This document shows positions 38,636 to 54,675 of a stretch of 64,000 nucleotides of DNA, piece after piece. The translations under genes were made by a program, and so were the position numbers. The notes below the pieces were generated by a model. The model was given only the letters and a program-made list of their open reading frames with translations, ran no database searches and had not been told where the DNA came from. Each line of letters starts with the position of its first letter. Position 1 is the first letter of the stretch. Origin of the DNA: Octopus vulgaris (taxonomy: Eukaryota); the NCBI GenBank assembly GCA_951406725.2, contig OX597815.1:88598001-88662000 (forward strand). Direction: 5' to 3'.

Positions 38636-39994
38636 TCGACATAAAAAAATTTGAAAAAGTTAGAAAATCAATTTGGCTTTTAAATAACTGGGTTTAGATT
38701 AAATTCACAATTAATATTAAATTTAAATCTCATTCCCAACACAGAATTTTTTTTAACGTCCATTGACTTACAGCTTTGATTTGTGTGGTTTCTCTAATTT
38801 TTTTTTTGCTTTCAAATTTTCTTTCTTCATTTCATTTATTTTAAAATATAATTTTATTAATTTTTTTTTTAAAGACTACAATTATATCAAAACATAATCT
38901 AGTTTCTGAGAATGTTTTATGATGTATGCTTGTATTATTCATGCTCGCAGACATGACGTCGATGATGACAATGATGATGTTGATGATAATGAGGAGGCGG
39001 CGGAGGAGTAGTAGAAGAGTATGATGATAACAATACTTCAAAACAAGATTAATAATAATAATAATGTTAGTAATAACTGTAATTATTGTTACTATCATGT
39101 AATTGACAAATAATAATAATAATAATGAGGATGATGATGATGATGATGATGATGATTAGAAAATTCATAATTACAATCAGGAATATCTCGAATTTTTGTT
39201 TCGTTATATTCTAATTTTGTTTATAGCGCTACTAAATTGTGAAGCAAGATTTAAAACTAATAAATTTCAGCAGATGTTCTTTTTGCAGTGGCTGAAGAAA
39301 AAATTATCTGCTACAATTTATGCATGTATTAGTAACGTTAGAAGCCTATAATTGCAAGCACTAGAAATAGTTCTGTTACGGTGTTGTTGATATTTTGTTT
39401 ATACAACAATGAAAGACTGGATAAAATTCCGTATTTTACACTCGTATCCCATCCCCTCAAGCTCCACATCAAATAATAATGTAGTTGATATTTTTTTTAT
39501 CTTCCAGGCGATCATCTGTCACATCAACTGAGAGGTAGTGAATGCGTGTGTGTGTGTGTGTGTGCGCGCATGCATGGCGAATATGCCCAGAAGATATGGA
39601 CAAGATTTTTTTCCAGTCGACGTCTACAAAGAATTTTTAATCGACAGTTTAAAAGCTATGACTACAGGCATTGTCAAACCAATCGACAGCAACTAGTTAT
39701 ACTTGTCCGATATTTTTACATTGCATCTACATCTACTTCGTCGATCTCTACAAGCTCTCAAGTCGATAACCTTCATACTAATGAGATTCTATACTTTATC
39801 AACACATAACAACTAAGTCTATAAATTTGACTTCTTTTCTGAAGTGTACGTTAAAGTCAACAGTATATGTCATAATTTTCAGTCTCTATTTATCTACAAT
39901 AGATAATGTCTCTTTAATCAACATCTACTGGTTTTGTCTATCCAGCCAGCATTTATAGATTGAAACGTACCAGTATGTAATATGAATTAACATC

Positions 39995-40197
39995 AAGCAA
40001 AATCACTAGCGCGCCAGGCTTAATGCTTAACGGTATTTCGTCTATCTTTACGTTCTGAGTCCAAATTCTGCCGAGGTCGACTTTGCTTGTCATCCTATCG
40101 GAGTCGATAAAGCAGGTGCCAGTTGAACACGGAATTCGATGTAATCGACTTGGCTCCTCTCCACGAAATTGCAGGCCCTGAGCCAAAATTTGAAATT
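39995..40197 (+). mobile_element. SINE family B copy
   Basis: TACGTTCTGAGTCCAAATTCTGCCGAGGTCGACTTTGC...GCCAAAATTTGAAA. Confidence 0.8.
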
Positions 40198-42107
40198 GAT
40201 ATTTATATTATTTATATTACAACTACGCCAGTTATATTGTCATGTTAATGTGCAGTTTTTTCCTCTCTATTTTAAAGGAATTCTTTTATTTCTATCAATT
40301 AATATAATGTCATTTTGGATTTTGTAAAAGACAAAAGATGAAAATAAATATGTGCCTTTACATCAAGGAGTCTCTCAATAGTATTTTATTATAATATATA
40401 GCGGTAGGGTGGCAGGAGTAATGTACTGCTGGGTTTACTCTGAATTCATTTCACACAATATTAAATTTTTGTAGTCCATAAAATAATAGATGAACATGTG
40501 TGACTATTCAATCAACTATACGACTGCTCTAAAAATGTTTACTGTGTTTCAGTATAAGTCATGCGTTTCGTCAGCAAAATTTTCTTGATTGACTTAATAG
40601 AAACGAAATTTTCAGCTTTAGAAAGGTTGAAGATAATATGGGGAGCCGTAGAGTAGAAAGTCAGTTTCTGATGAGGCGTGTTGGAAATCTGGTTTCGATT
40701 CCTTAAGCACGAATCTAAAATTAACCCATTTTCTTTCATGTTTCGCTTTAATAAAATCTTGAACAAATACGTGTATGTATATTTGAAAGAATTTAATATT
40801 TCATCAGAATCTCTTTTTCTGCAGTTTCAGAGAGTATTTGAAAGAAAGAAAGGAACAATTAGGTGTCAAAGAAGATACTCTAAAATATTCAATACGGTGC
40901 CCTACTGACGGGTCCAACAATGGTTATAGTTTTTACATACGGATCACACATGCAGTTTTTGCACCAGAGAGCTCAACAAACTAGTCACGCAATTACATCT
41001 TCAAATACATAAACTAATGTCTGTTATTTTGAAACATTTTCAAATAAATAAAAAAAAGGATAGCTTCTCTCTCTTCTTTTTAAAGTTTTGAATGTCAAAA
41101 GTGAAGAAATATTTAAAGTAAATAATGAAACAAAGAATTTAAGAAAACGAAACAACCCATTATTGTTCATGAAGTGCAAAATGAAATTTGTTTTTACTTT
41201 TAAAACGAAAAATGATAAAAATCTTAACAAAATCGTTACAATTGTCGATTTTCAAGTGGAGAATACTTAAGAAAAAGAATTTGGTTACGATTTTGGATCA
41301 TTTGATTTATGTTCTGTTTTTGTTATGTTTCGTTCTTTTAAAGACTTCTCTGGTATCTTTGTTTAAATTTAAAAACAACAACAAAACGAATGGCTGATCA
41401 TAAATGTCAAAACTAAGGATAATCAATGAGAGATCGATTGAGTATTCTGCTCACGTGATAGAAACATCACTGCCGACGCCAATACAGCAAACGACTACCA
41501 TTATTTAATTCCAAGAAAACAAGCTTTAAAATATTTACTAACAACAGCAGCGATAATAATATCAACAGAAAGCATAAATAAAAAAATAACGAAGCATTTG
41601 TATGCATCGATTTATGAACATATATATTTTTTTACATATTTGCAAGCATAGCAACATCGTGGCAAGTTACACGAGCTATTTCATCGACAGAGTTTCAATT
41701 CTCAGCCGAATACACTGCAATATCTAATTATAGCCAGACTAATTTTTCTTCCAAACACTTATATGTGTCGTAAAGCGTTTCCATATATATTTTCTATTAG
41801 CAAAAGCAAAAGGACTGAAACACATATACATTTACCCCCACCCTTCAAATTATAAGTATGCTCATATGCACCAAGACACTTCAGGGATTTTAGCAATTGA
41901 TATTTGAGGACTATGTTCAGTTGATCCTTGCAACTATTTAAATTTATGTGCAACAGTAATAAGCTTGGGAAGAGTATGAAAGGAAGTAACAACTGCCATT
42001 CTCATCTGTTGATTTTAAAATCACTAATATACTATAAGATATCAATAATGCCTAACATTCAATCTGAAGATAGAAACGTTCGGTGATGGAAAATATTTTA
42101 CTCGAAT

Positions 42108-42159
<52 letters not shown>

Positions 42160-42699
42160 CACACACACACAAACATATGTGTATGTGTGTGTGTGCGTGT
42201 GTAAAATCATCTATAACTATATATGTAAATGTACACAACACATGCACGCACACATTCACAGCTAATCAAATAAATATGCATACACGCACTAGAAACATAC
42301 ATACAACTTTACAAATAGAACTGTGTCCGCGTATATATATTTATATATATATATATATATATATATAAATATATATATAAACGTATGTATATATTTCTCT
42401 TTCTCTGTCGCTCTGTCTATTTGTATGAAAGTATATGTATAGTGAAAAAGCGAGTGAGGGGCTGAGAGATAAAGTGTGTGTGAGAGAGAGAGAAGGTTTG
42501 TTCAAAAGTAGCAAACGCATCTATTTATTAGAAACTAATATTTACAAGATTTACTTAATTAAAAAATCATATACACGCAATTATAAAATAACAATGACCA
42601 TAAAGAAAGCGTAACTTTCCAACTAATTCACCCACAGCCTCTACTCCCTTTTCTTATACATACAATACATTGCATACACACACACAGGCTCACATAGTA

Positions 42700-43550
<851 letters not shown>

Positions 43551-46097
43551 CGCGCATCTGTGGGTATGTGTATGTATCTATGTATAATCATCCAAAATAT
43601 ATAGAATATATATTTTCTAATAGTAATATTATTCTTCCGTGATTTAATCAACATGGCAAAGTTTTCAATAAATTCATGATGGAAGATCTATTTTTTTGTG
43701 TATCTTTATATCTTTATTATCTTAGACTTGATTCATTCAGAAGCTAAAATTGCATCATTTTAATTTAATAAAGTATAGTCTTCGTTACGGATACATACAT
43801 GTTCCATGTTTACTTGACTCGATTCTGTTCAGATTAGGCACACATACGTATATTCACGCAAGCACGCACGTGCAACCACACACACACACACACACACCAA
43901 CGCACACAAACACACACGCGCGCGCGCACTCACCCTCCTCAAGTTATAGAAATGTTCAAACATGATCAAAGCCAAGAGGCTGAAAACTGTACCAACACAC
44001 AGGATTGTGTGTGTGTGTGTGTGTGTGTGTATGTTTTTATATATATGTGTGCGTGTATATATAATATTACACATTGTATACATATCACTTTTCATATATA
44101 TATATATATAAATATATATATGTGTACATATAGGTATGTATATATGCTTATATATATATATTAATTATATCATTAATACATGCATATGTGTGAATATGTA
44201 CATATGCTTAATACACATACACACACACATATATATATACACACATACATAAATACACACATACACGCACGCACACTCACACACATACACATACAAACTC
44301 ACACATATACTACATTCTAAACATTACTCCAATGGTACAAAGGTTTTCAAACATTTTTTTGCATGCATGCATGTATGTATGTATGTATGTATGTATGTAT
44401 GTATGTATGTATGTATGTATGTATGTATGTATCTGTCTGTCTATCTGTCAATTTTTCTCTCTACGTATGTATATAAGTATGTATGTGTATACATACATAT
44501 GTTTGTGTGCGTATATATATGCACATACACACATACAATTTTGCAATTGTGGAAATGTCGAAACTGTACAATGCTGGCTGGAATGCATACTGTCACGCTA
44601 ATTCTGTCTGAGGATTATGTTTGGATGAAACTGTATTTAGAATATTAAGCTACTTTCAATTAATTCAATTAATTCAAACAACTCTACCGTCCATTCGTTA
44701 AGATTGACTGAGGAACAACCATATACTCTTTCATTCACGCTTTATATTTACATATATCTGATCACACATGCAGATATTTATATTTTTTTATTTTTATGTT
44801 ACCCAAGTATTTTTATATTACCCAAGAGAGTATTTGTTCATAGATTTCCAATGGGCCAAACGTTGGTTCAATTTATTATGCTGGTAAGAGATATCAGAAA
44901 TGACACTTGAAATACCACACATAATTTTCTTTCGAAAGTAGCAGTTTAAAGGTTTCATGGACGATGATAACACCTTTCACATATACATTCCCGAATTAGA
45001 CACACACATCCGATGGGTTTTCAAGAAAATTCACCTTGTGAGATATTAGCTAAAAAGATATAATAATACACACGCTCAAGGCAACACATGATAAAATCAA
45101 GAACAAAACTACGTGGCTGAGAAACGAAGCGAGTTTCTTAGCATGATTTTACCTACATATCGTATAAATACATCCATCCATCCATCGATCTGTCGATTGA
45201 TCTATTGAGCTGTCTGTCTGTATATAAACATACTTAGAAGTACCAAGTCAGTTGATAGTCTACAGAAAATAATGGAAATATCGAACGCAGAATAGCTGTG
45301 AAAACAGCTTAGAGGATTGGGAAAATACCTTTAGAAGATGGACAGAGCATCCAGCAAGCTGGTACAGAGAAACGAATCCTGTGACCACTTTTTCTATCTC
45401 CTAAGCTATTTTCACAGCTATACTGTGTTCGAGAATTCCTTTATTTTCTGTAGAATATACATACTTTTACATCTGTATAATATCATTTATTTTCAAAAAA
45501 AAAAAAAAAAAGAAAAAAAAAACTGGCTACTTATTTAAATTCGTTTAGGGATATAAATGAAATATTCAAAACAAGTCTAATTAATCTGGTCTATTAAAGA
45601 TAGAAATAAGGACTATACTATCAACTGTGAACTAATCGGTACCGCTAAACCTTATAGACCAGGGATAAATAAATGTGACATGTGCATAGAAGAATTTTAC
45701 CAAATTTTTACATCAGAGTATAATATAATAAATTCTAGAGAAGAACAATTTTTACGATGCTTGCATATGCAAAAATGGACTTTTGAACAAGTTACATAAG
45801 TTATAAATAATCAAACAACCATGATATATTTCAAAAGAAATATTTTGAATTAACTGACTCCATGAAACAAACAGATGATTATTCACTAAATAGTTGGAAT
45901 TCAAAATAAAGTACGCGTCAGATTAACGTTTAACACCACTTCATTCAACGCAATACTAAAATTAATATAAAATTCTAACCAGTTCAATCTGAAAGGATAT
46001 GACAATGAAACCGCTGAAGAAACCACACCGGTTTTGTATCAAAGTTGCAAATGAAAGTTACGAACTGATGTAGTGGAAACATATGTAAGTCAGTAAA

Positions 46098-46363
46098 AAT
46101 AAATAAATAAATAAATGCGCCCTTTCAAAGCCTAGCCAGGCTCATGGGCCCGGTTTCCCGGTTTCAAAGGCGTATGTGTTCCCCAGTTAGACGGGACGCC
46201 AGTCCATCGCAGCGCTACTCATTTTTGCCAGTCGAGTAGACTGGAACAACGTGAAATGAAGTGTTTTGCTCAAGAACACAACGCGTTACCAGGTCCAGGA
46301 ACCGAAACCACAATCTTACGATCATGATGCTGACACCCTAACCACTCAGCCAGGCGCCTCCAC
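46098..46363 (-). mobile_element. tRNA-derived SINE family D, complete with TSD
   Basis: Minus strand has a tRNA-like head GTGGAGGCGCCTGGCTGAGTGGTTAGGG..., a central CTGCGATGGACTGGCGTCCCGTC block and a (TTTA)n tail. 11-bp TSD AAGTCAGTAAA at 46087-46097 and 46364-46374. Confidence 0.85.
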
Positions 46364-46787
46364 AAGTCAGTAAATAAGCTATATTTAAATCAAAATGTAA
46401 ATTAAAATTCATGAAATGCTACTTCATCATACTCATTATCATTTAGATATTTACATTTTATATATAAACCACTGTAAACTACAAACCATTCATGTATATA
46501 TGTATGAATACACACATATATATAGAAATATATCAGTTTAATACACGACCAAAAGAGTTAACTAATAGCTTCATGCTTTTATGATACTTTAACTAGGCAT
46601 ATTTATAAAATATCTCCAAGCAATTTTTCGGCTTTGTTTATGTTTTACATACGTATATTTTTAAAAACAAAGACGTTGTACAGTGAGAAAATGAGAACAA
46701 ACGGGGAAAAAAAAAGTGCGAAGAAGGTTGATGCAAAATATAGAACGAGAAAAAAGAAATGAAAGCAAGACAACTAAGATTTACAAG

Positions 46788-46895
46788 TGAGTGGACTGAA
46801 GTGTGTTTTGCTCAAGAACAAAACGCACCGCCGGTCTGGGAATCGAAACATTGATCATATGATCGTGATTGCAGTCACCTAACCGTTAGGCCACA
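46788..46895 (-). mobile_element. SINE family D head, diverged
   Basis: GTGTTTTGCTCAAGAACA...AATCGAAAC...GATCGTGA...CCTAACC shared with 46260-46350. Confidence 0.65.
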
Positions 46896-47279
46896 TACAT
46901 TTATATACTTAAACTTATATACACAACTATCAATGGTTAACAGACTTCAGTGTTATGGGTATTGAAGTTGATTTGTTCGATTAAACTCTTCTAGGCAGTG
47001 CCCCAGCACGACCACAGTTCATTGACTGAAACAAGTAATAGAATAAGCGAATAGCTCTCTCTTTCTCTCCTTCTCTCCATCTCTTTAAAGGAAATCATAG
47101 TTACACACACACACACACACATACATACATGTACACCCACCCACACACGCACATGAGCTTATATATTCATACATTATATAATACATATATATATCTATAT
47201 GTAGATACAAACATATTTACATATACATACATACAGGCATGCATACACGCTCACATACGCACAAACACTCATACCTATA

Positions 47280-47361
<82 letters not shown>

Positions 47362-48255
47362 CATGTATATATATATATATGAATGTATATATATATGTAT
47401 ATATATATATATATATGTACGTATGTATGTGTATACACACAGACACACATATATATATTATATGTATGTTTTATGTGTATGTAAGGAAACTTATGGAAAA
47501 GCTATTGTAGTGTTTCATTGGACTTTCACTACGAAAGTCACAGATTCTAAATATACCTCTTTGTTACTGAATTTGCAGCTTTTTAAACATAAGGTATTGT
47601 ATGTATTGTATCGAACACAGACAGATATAGACGGCAGCACAAATATATACTGTATTATTATTATTATACCATATGTTTATTGCGATACACACAGAAGAAA
47701 GTTTATAAAGCAATGCGGTAATATACAGATAAACTGAAATATCAAAAGATGAATTATAGTTACTTGTGTAATTGTATTTTGCATTAAGGTATTATACATA
47801 AAGACAATTATGTGAACAACACATAGAGAGACGTAGACCGAAACACGGAGGAATATAAATATATATAATGGGCACTTAATGTAGAAATAGTGAGAAATTA
47901 TGATTTACTTTTCCATCTGTTTTTTAGACACAAAAATCCACAAATAGATACACATAATTACATGTGTATACACCTATATATATATAGTCACAGCTGCAAA
48001 CACGCATACATGTATAAATTGGTTATATATATACCTGTTAACACACGCAATTGCAAAAAATAATAAAAATGTTTTAAATGACATTTATAGTTGTTCGATA
48101 TGAAAGCAAATCTTTAAAAAAAATTGTATGTATATGTATGTATGTATGCATTTATTTAAGTATGTATGTATAATATATATATATATATATATATATATGC
48201 ATGTGTTGCTATATATATATGTATACATACACACACATATAGACATATAAGTGTA

Positions 48256-48300
<45 letters not shown>

Positions 48301-48396
48301 GATCTATGTTTATGTATACAGACACACTCACGCGCACACATACTATAAGCACATAAATTTATACATATATATGCATACATACATATGCATACATAC

Positions 48397-48451
<55 letters not shown>

Positions 48452-49655
48452 ATAAGGATATAAATGCCTATACATTTATATATACGTACACACATACATA
48501 CACACATGCTTTTGTGCGTACATGTAGACGTAAACCTTACGTCTGCGTGTATAGGCATACTATCTTATTATACATCTCATTGTCGATGTGTATATGTTTA
48601 TGTGTTTGCGTGCAAAACAACTGAAACTATACACACGTCAGCTACTGGAATGTTTGTTCTGCGATAAGGAACCAGACGCATTTTGAACACGCCATATTGA
48701 TTTAATTTTGAATACGACCCATGCGCGTGTGTATGTATTTGGTCTTTCGCAGTTCATTTAACGTTTTATGATGACGGTACAATTAAATTTAACCCGCCCG
48801 AGTAACACTTGCTTTTGTTTTAATACAATTTTAATATATATTGTGAAAATGATATTTTAAAAATAATTCAGAAACAACTATCCTTAAATTGAGATTTTGA
48901 AAGAGAATTTAAGAACTTAATAATAAATATCAAGGCTAAAAACGAAAACATCAGTGTTGGGAACGCCTGTTACACAAAGTATGACTGGAAATATTCAATA
49001 AAACTTAAATCTATGTTTTATGGATGTAATAAAACGCTGTAGAAGAACTTATTAAAACTTGTCTGATATTCAGAGGAAGCCTTTAACGCTATATACAGTA
49101 TTAATATCGGATTCTCTTGACTAGGTTTAAAACACCCAAATTCTAGGATGAAATTAAAATTGGACGCTATGTTGGGATGATTATTCCCAAAAATATTAAC
49201 TGCGTATCTAAACTAAAATTAGCTTTCAACAGGGACACGAAACCGCGTAGTAAAAGAAATTTGCTGTGAAGCTAAACGCATGGTACTTGTCGACGTAGAG
49301 TTATACTGATTTCTTTTGACAGTATAGAACATGTCTTATTTGCTAACACTACCTACATACGTACACATGTACGTACGTACGCACACACATTCATATGTAC
49401 ATGTATGAGAGCGCTCGTTACGTACGCCTATCACCATATTTGCTAATATCTGGCTATAAATTACATTGTTTACTTTATATTTACATGTTTAACAGTAAAT
49501 ATATTTCCTTTAACTCCACATGTATATGTATGTATGTATGTATGTATGTACATTTACAGAATTACCTCACTGCACGAGATTCTGGGCTTACGAGTTTATA
49601 CGAGTTTTATTTTTTGTTTACGAGCATTCTCCGGGAACAAATTAACTCATATATC

Positions 49656-49686
<31 letters not shown>

Positions 49687-49751
49687 TGAGAGAGAGAGAG
49701 AGAGAGCGAGAGAGACCAAAGTGTACGTACGCCGCTTTATTTTATATATAA

Positions 49752-50977
49752 AAATACAAAAATGGGACAAGAACGCAAAACATTCAGACAGTTAGGTGAA
49801 ACATAAAAAGGAAAACAAACAAAATATCCAGACAGACGATACAAGGAAAACAAGAACGGATCATTCGGAGTTTTCTATCCTCAGTCGACTTCTAGATTAT
49901 CTTTGAAATTGCGGCTGGTTATACACGAGATTGCTCCAATCTGGCCAGCCCCAAGGAAAAATAAGCTAAGAGCATTACATTTCTTGGAAGAAAGCAGCGA
50001 ATGTATATGAAACAAGGACGAAAAAAAACAGAAATATTACACAAATATAAATAACAGGACATAACAACAGGTGTCTTTCGACTAGGGACGAATTAAATTA
50101 AGCTGGCGTGTGTGGAAGTACAGACTTATTGCAGGGACATAATATTTGACAAGCACAGGAAGGAATATAGATGTTGCACGGACAGTAGTCCAACCAAGAA
50201 AGAAAGATCAAGCCCGGCCGAACACCGGTCACGTGGGGAGAGAAGAGAGAGAGGTAGAGTCAGGGGATAGAAGAATTAAGGAGGGACAATAGAAAAATGA
50301 AAGAGACACAGTGTCTCTTCATGCCTAACCTTTCCGTTACGTGAATATATAGTAAATACAGAAACTAAAAGTAAACAACGTATAACGTATATTGAGTGCA
50401 CAAACGGACGGAAGACAGACATAGAGGGTCCCTAATTCTTCATCAGTTATTATCCAGTTGGTATTACTCAGTTTTGCACCATTAATGAAAAGACTGAGGT
50501 GCTTCCCATGCTGGTGGTGCCCGTGAAGGTTACGGAGAATATAGGGCCAATGGCAAACGACACATGGATAACAAGCGAAACAGAAGTGGACATACGAAAG
50601 TGAATAAATGTAATTTAAGACGACGAACGAAGGACAAAGATATAATAAATAAGAAGGGGACAAAATACAGCCTCAGGGCAAAGCAAACAAACAAACCAAA
50701 ACACACGAATGGTAGTTAAAGCTTAGAGGGCAATCCTAAAGGATCTGAAAGGTGACAAAAAGCAAGACGTGTGCCAGTGAGGCACAGAGAATTTAGGACC
50801 GGTCAGTTACGCGACCAGTGTAAAAAAAAAGCGAGAGAGAAAGAAAGAAAGGCTAGTAACGGGTCACGTGTCAGCAGCAGGCAGAGGAGAAAGAGGGCGA
50901 GAGAGCGCGACAGAGTGAAAAGCAAAGGGGATGGGACGAAGAGGAAGACAAGGAAAAAGAAAGGCTAGAAGTAGAAC

Positions 50978-51021
<44 letters not shown>

Positions 51022-51030
51022 GAAAGAGAC
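49752..51030. mobile_element. Purine-rich dispersed repeat(s), probably Penelope-derived
   Basis: Strong strand asymmetry, GGTCACGTG motifs as in 27.3 kb (opposite strand), and a degenerate CTGAGGA...GAAT core on the minus strand near 49850-49890. Confidence 0.35.
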
Positions 51031-51646
51031 TGCATACGTTCGCGTCTTCTCTCCAGGAAGTAGAGTCTCAACTCTTTTAGCCTTTTTCAGAAGACCATCT
51101 TCTTGGTATAGTGATGCTGGATTGCCCCAAGTTCTTTCGTTAATTTGACGCTTTGTGGCGACCATAATTGAAAGCAGGCAACTGAATGTTTTCCATAGGA
51201 GCATCATGATTTCCCTTTTCGCGTTCTGAATTATCTCAGAATCCAACCAGTCACTCACACGTTGTTGCCATCTTAGTAATATGCACACAGAACGATAGAT
51301 TAGAAAGGTGAAGTGGATTACCAGGTCGCGCACCGACTCTACTTCTGCGATTGCAAATCCCCCGAAACCTACATATTAAGATTGCAATCCGTTTGTAGGC
51401 CGGCACCTGAATACTTGAAACTCGTCAGCATTGAACTGCATATTGTTTTCTTTCGTCTACATGCATATTACGTTCAAATCTTACTGTAGTTTTGATGTGT
51501 TTGAGGTATCTTCAGGGACCTTGATTGCTTGCGATACTTTCGAGTCATCAGCATAGCTGGAAAAAGTGTATGACTGCATGTCTGAGAATAGGTCTGACAG
51601 AATTACTACGAACAGCAGTCGACCCAGTATAGTTCCCTGAGGAACT
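51030..51646 (-). mobile_element. CR1/L2-group LINE reverse-transcriptase fragment (pseudogenised)
   Basis: VPQGTILGRLLF...SSYADDSKV (YADD at 51544-51555)...NNMQFNADEFQV...VRDL...QLWSP...RLKELRLYFLERRRERYA, with stops and frameshifts. Confidence 0.9.
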
Positions 51647-51945
51647 TCGAAAATTTTCCAAAAACTAGAAATCCTTAAATGAGTATTACCCTAACCAGAT
51701 TTAGACTCCTTACGAAAGACAATCACGCAATATCAATGTATGGTATAACATAATCAACAAATTCATCAACAATCAAGAAACCAAGAAACCCTTAACAAAT
51801 TCAACTCTGCAAGAATGAAGGACTTTGAACAACGAGAGTACAAACAGTAAGCACATCAAACATATACTTCAATCAGCTGCCTAACATGTTATGGATATCA
51901 TTAACTTTTATTAGGAATAGAAGGTTGACCGAGTTCAGAGTTTCG

Positions 51946-51977
<32 letters not shown>

Positions 51978-53005
51978 ACACACGAAATATGAATGAATGT
52001 ATATAAAAAGGAATAAGTACAGTCTTTTGAATCGACATCAATGTCAACATTAAAACCAGTTTCTCTCAACCTCAAGCTTATAGCAGCGTGCTGAGAGGAT
52101 TAAATCGCTTCAGTTTAAATATGGAAAATGTTGGTAAATATTTCTAGTATGAATCAAACAAAACCAATGAAGTAAAGAGGAGAACAACAATAATCAAAAC
52201 GTGATTAAAAGTAAAAAAAAAAACAACAACAAAAAACAAAAAAACAATTAAAAAGTAAAACATCTCAGTAACTCAGAATATATTTGTAAATTCAGAATTC
52301 CATATTGCAGAAGTTTTGTAAGGATATAATATTTAATACAGAACTTTTTTCTTTTATAGAGAAAAACGTACCGTTTGGGTGAATGTAATGGAAATTCACA
52401 CTGAGAACAGAACACTGTTGGTAAGTTCCGAAAAACAGAAGTCATTATAGACTCTGTTATAGAAAAAAAAAAAGAGAAATAGATATTAAAGATATAGAAT
52501 TATTGGGAGCAAGGGTCCGAATTTGCTAATGGGTTTTCATTCGAGGAAGTGGCTTTCTTCCCCGAGAAGTCTAGACAGACAATGATTGGAAAAGAGAGAC
52601 ACGAAAACATGAGATCAATACAGCATTGTAGGGTATGTAACAATATTAATAATTGAGCTATAAGCACAGCTGCAAGTCAAACTGACAAACGGTCGACTTC
52701 CACTTAACCTTATTGTGATAGTAAATACAAAGTGGTATTTATATTTTTTTGTAATGTATTTGTTTCAATCAACTTGTATACACATTTATATATAACGGAC
52801 GGTCCTGTCTAGACATGCTATGAGTTTTGTATATTCCCACATATATATACACACACACTCACCTACACCCACCCCCAACGATTTGAACAAATGTACACAA
52901 ACAATAAAGCGACACGTGTTTCTCAGGTTTGTAAAACATATCGTAAATAATGTGTATGTGCGTGTATCAAACCTTTCTCTCTTTCTCTCTCTCTCTCCAT
53001 ATATA

Positions 53006-53153
53006 TGGCTGTGTGGTAAAAAGCTTGCTTCCCAACCACATGCTTCCAGGTTCAGTCCCACTGCGTGATACCTTGGGTAAATGTCTTCTTCTATAGCTTC
53101 TGGTCGACCAAAGCCTTGCGAGTGGATTTGGTAGACGGAAACTGAAGCACGTC

Positions 53154-53203
<50 letters not shown>

Positions 53204-53283
53204 TTGACAGCTGATGTTGGTGTGTTTACGTCCCTATAACTTATCTGTTCGGCAAAAGAAAATGACTGAAACAAGTAAAAGGA
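53006..53283 (+). mobile_element. SINE family A, internally deleted
   Basis: TGGCTGTGTGGTAAAAAGCTTGCTTCCCAACCAC...GGTAGACGGAAACTGAAG...AATGACTGAAACAAGTAAAA. Confidence 0.85.
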
Positions 53284-54114
53284 TATATAATGTTAGAGTT
53301 AATGATATATAATGATAGAGTACATGCCCAACTGAATGTGTAAAAACATTGAAAACAACATAGAAACACCCCATCCGCACGCACAAGAACATAGATATTA
53401 ATATAAATATGATGGGAAGCATATGTAACACAAGCGCCCGTGTATATATGCATAGAAGGCTAAGGTGGGGAAAAATCGGTGTGTTGAGCGTAAATACCTT
53501 GTAATACACTTAGTTGTCTCCGTTGCCTTCCGATGTCTCTGGATGATACTTTGCTTTTGATTTCTCCTCCGATGTTGGTAATAAGTAGCAGGCAAGTACT
53601 GAGGTCGATTTAATTTATTTAAGCTGCTGAAGACGGTATCCATATTTCAATGAATGAAATCAGTGTAAAAAACCTAAGTGGCAATGCAGTTTTGTAAAAT
53701 GTTCTTGCATTTGAACTTTATGACTATTGAAATTAGATTCCATGTTTTTATCGCTGAACAAGACGTCATCATGTTGGGCTACAAGCAGAAGTATGCGTAG
53801 GTGCTTATGTAAGTGAATGTGCTATCACGTCACTGGCGTGTGTTGTGTCTATGCGATATTCATTTAATCTACAACCCCTCGTTTTTTCTCTCAGTCAGTG
53901 TCAATCTAGCTGTGAAAATGGATACTGCAGACAAATTCAGTATTGTTACGAATGGATTTACTTTATACGATAATACAAAGCAAAGCAAAACATAGAAGGC
54001 TAATGGTTCAAAGTCTAAAACTTGTCCTATGAATACAACATATTTTTAGTGATGGTGGTGAGAATGAAATCCTCACCGATTACAAGAAGAGTGTTATACC
54101 CACAGTGTATAATA

Positions 54115-54675
54115 TTGGGCTGTCCGGAAAGTTCCTGCCGATTTTTAAAGGAAAGATAAAGGCCAATAAATACTTGCCATTACATTTTTAATCAACCAAA
54201 TATGAACCGTTTTGTTGCACAATGCGTCTCCATCTTTCCTTTAACTTGAAAATACCCTCTTCCCAGAATTGAGGTGGTTTCATGGCAAATAATTAATCAA
54301 GGTATCTTTTTACGTCATCTAAGGAATTGAAATTTTTACCATCAAGACTATTCTGCAGAGACCTGAATAAGTGGAAATCCGAAGGAGCAATATCTGGTGA
54401 ATATGGAGGGTGGGGTAATACATCCCAGCCGAGCTGCAGCAATTTTTGTCTGTTTCCCAAAGCAATAAGTACCAAAAATGAACTTTCTTCCATTTTAAAG
54501 GGTTACAGAATTAACAGAAGTTATAGGAATATAAACCTTCTTCCACGAAAGGATAGCTTAAACTGTGCTCTAAATGGAGGTGTAGTCAAATCCTATTTTA
54601 TGGACTCAACCATGTTCTAAAATAAGTCGAAAGGTAAGCTACTATAAATCGGCACGAACTTTCCGGACAACCCAA
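54115..54675 (-). mobile_element. Internally deleted mariner transposon (561 bp)
   Basis: TA TSD and ~30-bp TIRs (TTGGGCTGTCCGGAAAGTTCCTGCCGATTT / AAATCGGCACGAACTTTCCGGACAACCCAA). Minus-strand GWDVLPHPPYSPDIAPSDFHLFRSLQ contains the mariner YSPDLAP motif. Confidence 0.92.

Noticed and set aside
42060-42085. CTGAAGA-TA-GAAACGTTC hammerhead-like string (similarly CTGATGAGGCGTGTTGGAAA near 40668)
   Set aside because: Stems I and II cannot form; likely chance matches.
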